Shown here piece by piece: positions 27,740-36,191 of a DNA stretch of 64,000 nucleotides. The translations under genes and the position numbers were made by a program. Numbering within the stretch: position 1 is the first letter of the stretch; each line of letters starts with the position of its first letter. The stretch is from Bacteriovoracia bacterium (GTDB lineage Bacteria; Bdellovibrionota; UBA1018; JBFWNL01), in NCBI GenBank assembly GCA_050251055.1, contig JBFWNL010000012.1, positions 1 to 64,000 on the forward strand, written 5' to 3'. The notes below the pieces were generated by a model. That model saw only the letters and a list, made by a program, of their open reading frames with translations, was not told the origin of the DNA and made no database searches.

Positions 27740-30196
27740 ATGTTCGCTTTGAGAACCATCACCGCTCGCATTTCCAGGACCGCCACCCCGGCCGTCGTCG
27801 CGGTATGCCTCGCCGTCGGCTTGGCGGGATGCTCAAACGCGGGCTTCAAGTACGGCAACAAGGCGAAGAGCACGAATGGCCAGAATCTCAACACCACGAA
27901 CGAAGTGAAGCTCACGATTTCGAACGTGACCGTCACGGCGCCCCAAGGCGCGCAAAACTACCAAGTTTCCATCTTCATGAGCTCGCAGAGCTCCGCGCCG
28001 CCCCTCACTGACTTTTGTAATCTTGCGGGAGGCGCCAATGCGTGCGTCTGCCGGGCGGCTTGGGTGGAGACCAACACGCAAGGAGGGGCCGTGGCGGCGA
28101 TCAACCGCGTGGTCGATATGCCGCTGACGCAAGTGCAGGGATTCTTCGCCTCCTGTAACGCGTTTCCTGCTTATGCCAACGAAGTCGCCGACGGTACGAC
28201 GATCCAATTCTCCGTCGTCCCGTACGTGGGCAATCTTTCTGGCATCAAGATGACTCCGTTTGCCTACCTCAAAGGCGAGGCCTCGCAGGTACCCAGCGGC
28301 GGCGGGTTCTTCGACGACCAGGGCCGCCCCTTCAACAATATCCACCGCTATTCTTGTTACGATTCTTTCTACCGCGGGCGCAAGATCACGAGCAAAGTGC
28401 GCCGCCTCACCCATCCGAACGACGAAGGCACTTATAAAGACGGCGCCTCTTCCACTATGTTCTGTAAGGATGGCGACAACCAATCCGGCGAGCAGGAGTG
28501 CCTAGGCCATTGGAGCCCGAAGGTCCCCTCTTCCCAAAGCTACTATTACAATCTTTATATCAAGAGCGCGCAGTTGGGCGGCGTCAACCCGGAAAACGAA
28601 TCGTTCGTTTGCCCGCGCGTGCAGGAACCGCTCGTTTCGGGCGGTGGCACCGTGGGCTGGCCGCTCGATTCCACCTTCGCGCTCTCCCAGGTGAAGAGTT
28701 CGGACTTCTCGGTGCCAGTGGAAGCCGCCTCCGTGCTCGGTAACTCCGATCCCGGATCCAACAGCTCGACGCATGAGAGCTGCAACACCGATCCCAACGC
28801 CCAACCGCCCGCGGGCGGCGACATGAATAATTCCATCGCTTTCAAGTGCCTGGGCTGGGCGAAGAAGCCCAATCCCAATGGGACCTGCCCCACCTTCAAG
28901 GACAGCACCGGCGTCACGCGCCAAACCTATCGCTTGCGGCGTTATTTCGCCGTCTATCCGTTCCGCTTCAAGACCGGCGGCCACTTCAAGCGTCGCCAGG
29001 CTCCGTCGGTGGACACGATTTATGTGCTCGATCGCCCGGTCAACTCGGGCGACCCGCTCAATCCCTATACGATGGCCGGACCGAAGCCCTGCCCGTTTGC
29101 CTACTTTGATCAGACCGGTCTCTTCGGCAACAACGGCAGCACCATGGCGCAGGCCGGTGTATACGGTTTCAGCCAAAACAACCGCCCCTCGTATCGGGGT
29201 ACGAACTTCTCGGGTTGGGATGGCAAAAACGTCGACGGCACGAAGTTTCCGAACCTGGACCGTAAGCGCCCGGCGCCCGAAAGCGTCTTTTCCTGCGCGG
29301 CTACGCTGCCGATCATCGCCTACGACGTAAACGGAAACCCGCTTGCGCTCACCTTCGGCACGAGCCACAGCACGAACGATCAGGTGATCGAAACCGGTGG
29401 TAGCGACATCGCCATGAGCGATGTATTCATCCGCGGCGTAAAGCCCTGGTCACCGCACTACGAGGAAGACCTTAGCTTCGAGGGCTGCGCGGCCGAATCC
29501 AACCCTTTCCGCGACGCCCCTTTGCACTTCGCCAAGGATTCAAGCGGCAACGTTTCGTGGTGCGCGGAAGCCTATCCGACGCAGAACTCATCGCCCAAGA
29601 TCATCGATCGCCGCATGGGAGCGCTCACCGGCGACGTTTCACCCAGCCAGGTGAAGAACTTCACCTCGCACGTGGTGAAAAATTCCGATAGCCCGGCGTG
29701 TTCGGCGACAATTCCGCCCGACCTGGAATTTCCTCCGGCTTACCCTGCATCTTCGTCTCCACCGAACGGAACCACCCTCGGCTCTATCCCGGGTTACCCC
29801 GTCGGCAACGTAACGAATCCTTGTGGAGCGGCTAACCCGAACACCTGCGGCGTGGCCCGGCACCCCTCATGGGTGCGTGCGGACGAAGGCTTAGGCTTCC
29901 CCGCCACCGGCGCCAACCGCACCTGCGACCGCACGGTGCTCGATCCGGGCGCGAACCGCACGAAATTCTATCCGCTCCTGGCGGAACCGCACGACGTCGA
30001 GCAGGCGCTCGTCACCGACAAGAGTTACAACTGCGTGGTCACCTACGATAATAACCACGGTAAACAAGGCACGACTACGCCTTCCACCGGTTGCTGCTCG
30101 CCCACGCGAGTTTTCCTCAACACCGGCGGCGTCGTTCAGCCAACCGATCGCGCGCACCTCGAGCCCAATCGGGCTTGCCTAGTGCCGAACTATTAA
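27740..30196 (+). CDS. Cys-rich lipoprotein of unknown function (LpD), paralog of LpC
   Basis: Lipobox LAG-C, dense Cys, and ordered motifs shared with LpC. Confidence 0.75.
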   Translation: MFALRTITARISRTATPAVVAVCLAVGLAGCSNAGFKYGNKAKSTNGQNLNTTNEVKLTISNVTVTAPQGAQNYQVSIFMSSQSSAPPLTDFCNLAGGANACVCRAAWVETNTQGGAVAAINRVVDMPLTQVQGFFASCNAFPAYANEVADGTTIQFSVVPYVGNLSGIKMTPFAYLKGEASQVPSGGGFFDDQGRPFNNIHRYSCYDSFYRGRKITSKVRRLTHPNDEGTYKDGASSTMFCKDGDNQSGEQECLGHWSPKVPSSQSYYYNLYIKSAQLGGVNPENESFVCPRVQEPLVSGGGTVGWPLDSTFALSQVKSSDFSVPVEAASVLGNSDPGSNSSTHESCNTDPNAQPPAGGDMNNSIAFKCLGWAKKPNPNGTCPTFKDSTGVTRQTYRLRRYFAVYPFRFKTGGHFKRRQAPSVDTIYVLDRPVNSGDPLNPYTMAGPKPCPFAYFDQTGLFGNNGSTMAQAGVYGFSQNNRPSYRGTNFSGWDGKNVDGTKFPNLDRKRPAPESVFSCAATLPIIAYDVNGNPLALTFGTSHSTNDQVIETGGSDIAMSDVFIRGVKPWSPHYEEDLSFEGCAAESNPFRDAPLHFAKDSSGNVSWCAEAYPTQNSSPKIIDRRMGALTGDVSPSQVKNFTSHVVKNSDSPACSATIPPDLEFPPAYPASSSPPNGTTLGSIPGYPVGNVTNPCGAANPNTCGVARHPSWVRADEGLGFPATGANRTCDRTVLDPGANRTKFYPLLAEPHDVEQALVTDKSYNCVVTYDNNHGKQGTTTPSTGCCSPTRVFLNTGGVVQPTDRAHLEPNRACLVPNY

Positions 30197-30217
30197 CCAG
30201 AATCAACCCGGCGCTTT

Positions 30218-31444
30218 TTAGATTTTCTTGAGTCGGTCGCGAAATTCGCGAAACACGGCATGTAACCGTGGGTCGGGCGCCAGATAAGCCATCGCCACGC
30301 GCGCCCCGCTTTGCGCCATGCGTGCTTCCGCCACCGACTTGAAAAATCCCGCATCGAGCGTCTTGCGGATCGCCGCCGCATCCCACCCCGCGCCCCCTTT
30401 GCCGTAAGCCGCAAAGCGCGGATCGTCGGGATAGATTTCGTAGGCGTTCATGAGGCTTTTATAAAATTCCTGCAGTTTGCGGATCGCCTCTACTTTTTTG
30501 GGGTGGCGCTTGAGCGCCTGGAAAGCCTCGTTCTCCACCAGCAGGTGATACGTCTGCACGCGCTTTTTCTTGCTCTCGGCCGTGTCGGCCTGCGTCTGCA
30601 GGGTTTCCCAATCGAGCTTGGGCTCATCGCGCGTAGGATAAAAGTAACCTAGCGGTACCCCATCTTTGCCGATCACTTGAATGGACTGGACCTCGTTCGT
30701 CACCGGGTTCGCGAGCCGCCGATAGGTGCGCCCTCCCGCCTGGGCCGTCACCACCTCGAAGGGCTCGATCCATCCGCCGATCCACCACTGCCCCTGTACC
30801 TTGCCCAGCCGATGATCCACGTCATTGAGCTCGAGCACGGCGACGGCGCTAGCTCCCGCCGCCGCGAGCTTCTCCAGCTGCACGGGCAGAAGCAGCTCCG
30901 GTTTATCTTTGATGAGCGACGCGAGCTTTCCGGGCGTCACGAGCGCCGTGCAAACCTCAAGCGACACCCGCTTCTTCAGCTCCGTCAGGCTCACTTCCGA
31001 CTTCAAGGCGGTCGTGCGCTCCACAAGCCTCGGATCGGCGACCAGAGTTTCGGCGTCGTCCATGAGAAACGCGATCAAACGGCTTTCGGGTAGAGCGAGA
31101 CGAACGCTCGGGTGACCAGGCCGGGCGGCGCCCGCTTTCTCTTCGACCATCGTACTCAACAGGGGCGCGCGCGAAATCACGGTCGCGTCGCAGATAGCCT
31201 TGGGCAGCTGTTCGTTGAGTCGAAAAAACTCCTTCAACCCTTCCCCGCTTTGGGGCGTGGCCTCCGGCTTCGCCGGAAGCTCATCGCCCAACGCCGGACC
31301 CACCATGCCCACGAAAGTCGCGAAGAGCCCCAGGCTCACCGCACCGACGAAAATACGCGCAAAACCAACGCCCGAGTGGCCCCAGAAGCGGCCCCAGAAT
31401 TGGCCATGGACATGACGCGTGTTGACATTTAGGGGGAGAGCCAT
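30218..31444 (-). CDS. Hypothetical exported protein
   Basis: Long ORF with an N-terminal hydrophobic segment. Start uncertain, trimmed so it does not overlap rluA. Confidence 0.55.
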   Translation of the reverse strand: MALPLNVNTRHVHGQFWGRFWGHSGVGFARIFVGAVSLGLFATFVGMVGPALGDELPAKPEATPQSGEGLKEFFRLNEQLPKAICDATVISRAPLLSTMVEEKAGAARPGHPSVRLALPESRLIAFLMDDAETLVADPRLVERTTALKSEVSLTELKKRVSLEVCTALVTPGKLASLIKDKPELLLPVQLEKLAAAGASAVAVLELNDVDHRLGKVQGQWWIGGWIEPFEVVTAQAGGRTYRRLANPVTNEVQSIQVIGKDGVPLGYFYPTRDEPKLDWETLQTQADTAESKKKRVQTYHLLVENEAFQALKRHPKKVEAIRKLQEFYKSLMNAYEIYPDDPRFAAYGKGGAGWDAAAIRKTLDAGFFKSVAEARMAQSGARVAMAYLAPDPRLHAVFREFRDRLKKI

Positions 31445-31460
31445 TACGCCAGATCGTAGC

Positions 31461-32219
31461 ATGAAACAGTTTTCGATCCTATTCGAGGACGAATGCCTAT
31501 TGGCAATCCATAAGCCCTCCGGGGTGCCGTCCATTCGCCAGACCGCGAACGATCAGGGTACCGTCGCCAACTTTGTCTTGGCCTACCGGCCCGAGCAAGC
31601 TCGACTCGCGGTCGAAAGCCATCCGGCGGAGCTGGAAGCAGGCGCGCTCCATCGGCTGGACAACGGCACGAGCGGCGTACTTCTCTTCGCGAAAACTCCC
31701 GAAGCCTTCTTGGCGCTCAAGGCTGCCTGGAAAAAATCCGTGCGCAAACTTTACCGCGCCCGGTGCTCGGCGCATCCCAGCCCGATTGCCGCCCCACTGC
31801 CGCTGCCCCTGACCATCGACGTGCCGCTCGCGCGACCGCGCAAATCCAGCCGCCGGGTCATGCCCGCCGTCGGCACGTTCTCCAAGCGGGCCATCAGCGG
31901 CAAACCCTTGCCCGCGCACACCATCGTCCACGCGGCGAAGCGCCACGGGGAAGTTTGGGATTTGGAAGTCGAGATCCGCACGGGCGTCATGCATCAGATC
32001 CGCTGCCACCTCGCCCACATCGGGCTGCCGATTCTGGGCGACGAGATCTACGGTGAAAAAAAAACGGCGCCCTCGTCGTCCACCGCTTCGGATAGTCGAC
32101 TCTGGCTACATGCCTGGCGGTTGTGTTTCCTCCATCCGATAACCGGCAAGGAAACCGAGATCGAAGCGCCGCTGCCCGCCAATTGGAACACGGGCGCGGG
32201 CGACCCGCCAAAAAACTAG
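31461..32219 (+). CDS. RluA family RNA pseudouridine synthase
   Basis: 'IHKPSG', catalytic 'HRLDNGTSGVLLFAK', 'TGVMHQIRCHLAHIGLPILGDEIYG', 'LWLHAWRL'. Confidence 0.92.
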   Translation: MKQFSILFEDECLLAIHKPSGVPSIRQTANDQGTVANFVLAYRPEQARLAVESHPAELEAGALHRLDNGTSGVLLFAKTPEAFLALKAAWKKSVRKLYRARCSAHPSPIAAPLPLPLTIDVPLARPRKSSRRVMPAVGTFSKRAISGKPLPAHTIVHAAKRHGEVWDLEVEIRTGVMHQIRCHLAHIGLPILGDEIYGEKKTAPSSSTASDSRLWLHAWRLCFLHPITGKETEIEAPLPANWNTGAGDPPKN

Positions 32220-33109
32220 CGGCGGATCTCGCTATCCGCCGAATTCATCGGCGACTGAAAGCGATGAAAGTTCCCGCGCACAAAGCCGCTGAAGTTAGCG
32301 GACTGGACGGGACCCCGCGCGCGCGAATAGGACGACTTCACGCGATTGATTGAACCCGATAGATCATCCCCCTGGCGGTAGCGGGCCACGTCCTGGCTGA
32401 AACGCGAGGCATCCGACTCCAAATCGCGCAGATCACGAAGCGCGATGGGCTTCCAAGGGTCGCGAGGATCTTGCTGAGTTTCCCGTTGAGCATCCAAGAC
32501 CAAGCTCCGGGAAAGACCGATCATTTCCTGGGCGTAGCCACGTAGACGCGCCAGATCCGGTCCCTTGGGCGGCTCTACCGGCTTACGGGGCGGTTGAACC
32601 GGTGGCGCGGGAGAAGGCACCGGTGCCGGGGTCACGGGCCGATCATAGGGGTCTTCGTATTGGCCACGATAGAAATAATTCAATATGGAGTAATACTCGC
32701 TTAGGAGCTGCGCATTATAAAACCAAGGGCGATTCTCATTCGTCTTCTCCACGGGAAGCTCGTCCGCCAGCGCCCGCGTCACGTTCCAGGTCTTAGCCAG
32801 TAACTCGTACCCGGCGACCGTCTGGTCGGGCTCATTCATCGCCGCTTCCACCCGCATCCGAAAGGCGCGCGCGACCGCCGCGTACTTCTCGAGCCCGGCA
32901 ATCACCTCAGCATCGGTAGCCTCCCCATCGCGGACGTACTTACGGCCCTCGTCCAGCCACTTTTGCGAAAGGATTTCCATGCGTGAAGATACTTGAAGGA
33001 CCGAGCCCATCTGATGGATTTGAGGCGCATTCACGCTTGCCTCGGCACTCAAGGCCCCGAATCCCGTGGATACAACCCATGCGATCAATGCGATGTATTT
33101 CGTTCTCAT
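32216..33109 (-). CDS. Secreted hypothetical protein: two helical domains joined by a Pro-rich linker
   Basis: Signal peptide (AEA), linker PVTPAPVPSPAPPVQPP, RBS GGAGATAGGGG. Confidence 0.65.
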   Translation of the reverse strand: MRTKYIALIAWVVSTGFGALSAEASVNAPQIHQMGSVLQVSSRMEILSQKWLDEGRKYVRDGEATDAEVIAGLEKYAAVARAFRMRVEAAMNEPDQTVAGYELLAKTWNVTRALADELPVEKTNENRPWFYNAQLLSEYYSILNYFYRGQYEDPYDRPVTPAPVPSPAPPVQPPRKPVEPPKGPDLARLRGYAQEMIGLSRSLVLDAQRETQQDPRDPWKPIALRDLRDLESDASRFSQDVARYRQGDDLSGSINRVKSSYSRARGPVQSANFSGFVRGNFHRFQSPMNSADSEIRR

Positions 33110-33248
33110 CCCCTATCTCCCTCTGTGATGCCCCTTGCTGTAACAAACAATCCCCCGACCAGCAACCCGACTCCGGGTTCGGAAACCACCCTGCTTTGAC
33201 TCATTGCGTGATAACTGTTATAAATCCCATGGGCTTTCGCCCGAAACT

Positions 33249-34475
33249 ATGCGCGTGGCAGTTTTTCTTTTACTTCAAATACTTCTGGCGCTTCCCGCAA
33301 GCGCAGCATTCACTCCACCGATTCCAGTGAGCTGTCCCCAGCTTCACGAGGGTATTGCCTATCGAATCATTCCCGGAAAACGGCCTGACCTCCCGACCCT
33401 GGTTTTCTTCAATGGCGGCCCCGGGGAAGGGTCGACCCTCGTCTCTAATGCGCAAGTTCAAAGGGGGATCGGAACCACTGGGAATATCTTGGTATTTGAC
33501 CCTCGCGGAACGGGCTGCACTCCACACTCCCCTCGTGACGATACCTCTGCGCTCGTGAACGACGTGGTCGCGCTGATCACTCGCCTTCACCGCGAACGAC
33601 GCCTGCACGACTTCATTCTCTTTGGTCACTCGTACGGCAGCGTGCCGGCCACGCGGGTCGCGCATGCACTGGAAACCCTCCATCGTTCAAATCCTCGATC
33701 CCCGCTCCCCACCCATCTTGTGCTGCAAGGCGCTATCGGGCGCGCGTTCACTCAACCCAGCGAGCGCACGGACGTCTTGAATCAGCTTTTGACGCGCGTG
33801 CAATCACAAGGTCCGTTCGCACTCGGTAGCGGAGACGCGTGGGGACACTTCGTTGGCTTGAGCCTGATCGACGACAACCCCGGCGCCTCGGCCCTCACCA
33901 CTGCTGGCCAAACGCCTACCTCGCCCGTCGGCACCCTGCGCGATTCTCCCAGCGCCCGTTTGGTGTCGTGGCTCAAGCGCATGGGGACGCCCGAATTCGA
34001 GCGGCAGTTCTCTCGCCTCGGCCACGCCGGCAACCGCGCTCAACCCGTCACGGACTCGGTTAGGCACCGCCTCGCTTGCCGCGAACTGGGGTTAGAACCC
34101 ACGCGCATCACCCTCGAGGGCGGTCGACTGCGGGAAATCAGCTTAGGCGCTTGCGGCAATACGCTGCGCCAAGAACCTTACGACGCCCGCCGCTATCCGC
34201 TAAAGACCCCGATTGTTTACTTTCTGGGCGGAGAGGACGCCCGCACCCCACGCTCGCAGGCGGAATATCATTTCGGCGCCCAGACCGGGGCGCGACGCCT
34301 CCTCATCGAGATCCCGCACGCCGGGCACCAACCCCTGACCCTAGGCTTGTGGGATTGTCGGGCAAAGGTCTGGGAAGCCGTCAGCCAATCGCGGCTAGCG
34401 CGCGTGGAAGCCCTCGCCGCGCGTTGCGCGCCCACGCTGCGAAGCTGGTACGCGAACGCAAGCCGAGATCGTTAA
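33249..34475 (+). CDS. Secreted alpha/beta hydrolase (prolyl aminopeptidase S33-like)
   Basis: Signal peptide, NGGPG oxyanion loop, DPRGTG, nucleophile GHSYG, Asp (GGEDARTP) and His (AGHQP). Confidence 0.85.
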   Translation: MRVAVFLLLQILLALPASAAFTPPIPVSCPQLHEGIAYRIIPGKRPDLPTLVFFNGGPGEGSTLVSNAQVQRGIGTTGNILVFDPRGTGCTPHSPRDDTSALVNDVVALITRLHRERRLHDFILFGHSYGSVPATRVAHALETLHRSNPRSPLPTHLVLQGAIGRAFTQPSERTDVLNQLLTRVQSQGPFALGSGDAWGHFVGLSLIDDNPGASALTTAGQTPTSPVGTLRDSPSARLVSWLKRMGTPEFERQFSRLGHAGNRAQPVTDSVRHRLACRELGLEPTRITLEGGRLREISLGACGNTLRQEPYDARRYPLKTPIVYFLGGEDARTPRSQAEYHFGAQTGARRLLIEIPHAGHQPLTLGLWDCRAKVWEAVSQSRLARVEALAARCAPTLRSWYANASRDR

Positions 34476-34496
34476 GCCCGGGAGCGCGGCTCTCGC

Positions 34497-35408
34497 TTAC
34501 TTATGAGCCGCAGAAGGAGCGGCCGCGGCCGTGGATCGGCGCCGAGCCCGGAGCGCATCAACTCGCTCACGTAGATTCCAGAACGCGACATCAAGCCCCC
34601 GCACCAAGGCGTTGCCGAACGCTCCGCGATTCACCTTTTGGTAAACCTTGAATTCGCCGATGGATGCGATTTTACGGAGTCCGAACCCGCGAATGTTCTT
34701 GCGGATCGGGTTCGGGTCCATGAGGATGTGCGGCGTATCCGGTTCCTGGTGATAAAGTAAATTGAAGATAAAGTATCCGCCCGGCTTCAATCGCTCGGAA
34801 ATCCCCCGCATGGTCGAGAGCGGATTCGCCACGTGCTCGAGTACGTCAAACGCAGTGACGAAATCATACTGTGCGCGCGGAAGCTCCTCACGCTCGAGAT
34901 GTATCAGGCGCGCATCCTTGATTTCCCGGCGGCGCAACCGCTGGGCCACGAAATCAAGATTCGCCTGCGAGACATCGGCAAAGTCACAGCGCACGCCTTG
35001 GCGGTTGAGATAAATCCCCAGGGTGCCGATTCCTGAGCCATAATCACAGCCTTTGAGCTTGCCGCCTTCACGCAGCAAGCGAGCGATACCTTCGAGCTGC
35101 GCCTGGCGCTCGAGGGTGGCATCAATGTCAATCGCGACGAGCTCGTAGCAGTAAAGGTTGAAATCGACGTAGAACGCCTTGACGTCCGCCTCATTCGTCG
35201 GATCGATCTTACGACGTTTCCATTCGGCGAAAATTCGATCCGGGGCCTGCTTGCACAAGCCGTAAAGCCCTTCGTCATCCAGCGCCGCCGATTGCGGATC
35301 GACGGTACGCAAGTACTCACGTAGCTCCGCGAGCAAAGCCGCGGGCAGTGCTCCGGCTCCGGCATAGGTCAGGGCGCGCTCATAATGCGGCTGATAGGCA
35401 GCGTGCAT
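34497..35408 (-). CDS. Class I SAM-dependent methyltransferase
   Basis: Motif I DYGSGIG, 'YDFVTAFDVLEHV', 'LKPGGYFIF'. Start at ATG 35408. Confidence 0.88.
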   Translation of the reverse strand: MHAAYQPHYERALTYAGAGALPAALLAELREYLRTVDPQSAALDDEGLYGLCKQAPDRIFAEWKRRKIDPTNEADVKAFYVDFNLYCYELVAIDIDATLERQAQLEGIARLLREGGKLKGCDYGSGIGTLGIYLNRQGVRCDFADVSQANLDFVAQRLRRREIKDARLIHLEREELPRAQYDFVTAFDVLEHVANPLSTMRGISERLKPGGYFIFNLLYHQEPDTPHILMDPNPIRKNIRGFGLRKIASIGEFKVYQKVNRGAFGNALVRGLDVAFWNLRERVDALRARRRSTAAAAPSAAHK

Positions 35409-35463
35409 GCCCCCAAGGTCTACCGAAGGGGTGTGGAAAACTAAAGCGAAAAGACCGGCCGGA

Positions 35464-36048
35464 CTAATGTAAAATCTGTGCGCCTTCGACGCTGCGAGCG
35501 GCGTCGGCCAGCCTTCCCCGCATGGTCTGCAAAGTCTGGCCCAGGGACTCCGCATTGCGGGCGTAGGCTTTCAAGTGGCTTGCCTGCGCGTCTTGTTGCA
35601 GCTTCTGGGCTTCCTCGACCAGCCCTCCCAAACGGGCGTCGAGTTCGGGCAAGTGGCTAACCGCCTCCGGCCCCTGAAGTTTACCCACGGCATCGCTCAC
35701 TTCGCGGGCCTGATCACCCAAGTTTTGAAAACGTGCGAGCATCTGTTCGGCCACCTCTTGGCGGGCCTGGACGGAGGCGGCGCGGTTGGCGACGATCTGC
35801 GAAGCTCGCTCGGCCTGCATCCGCGCTTCTTCCAGCCGCTGGGCAAGGTTCTGAACGCCCGTGGCGATTCCCTGAGCGACGGCGCTGAACTTGCTCAACA
35901 GCTCGCGTGCACGCTCCAGCCCACCTTCTCCATCGAGCGAATGGCGATCGATATGGCCACTTAGACGATCGAGCTGACTGAACTGTTCGTCCAAATCAAC
36001 GGCGGCTTGTAAGAAGGGGGACAATTCCGAGGATTTAGTTTGGCTCAT
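35464..36048 (-). CDS. Coiled-coil hypothetical protein
   Basis: 194-aa helical protein rich in Ala/Gln/Glu/Leu with a heptad pattern. Confidence 0.65.
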   Translation of the reverse strand: MSQTKSSELSPFLQAAVDLDEQFSQLDRLSGHIDRHSLDGEGGLERARELLSKFSAVAQGIATGVQNLAQRLEEARMQAERASQIVANRAASVQARQEVAEQMLARFQNLGDQAREVSDAVGKLQGPEAVSHLPELDARLGGLVEEAQKLQQDAQASHLKAYARNAESLGQTLQTMRGRLADAARSVEGAQILH

Positions 36049-36128
36049 ACCCGAGCGTTACAATGAAAAATCCCGTCTGGCGAGTGCTGTAGGTTCAGTT
36101 TTTCTAAACACCGGACGCGCGGCCCAGG

Positions 36129-36163
36129 AAAAAAAACGCCTGCCTACGAAATCGCAGGCAGGC
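36129..36163 (-). terminator. Rho-independent terminator of nrdJ
   Basis: Stem GCCTGCCT/AGGCAGGC followed on the minus strand by a run of 8 T. Confidence 0.8.
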
Positions 36164-36191
36164 AATTACTTAAGTAAAATAAGCGCTTATA

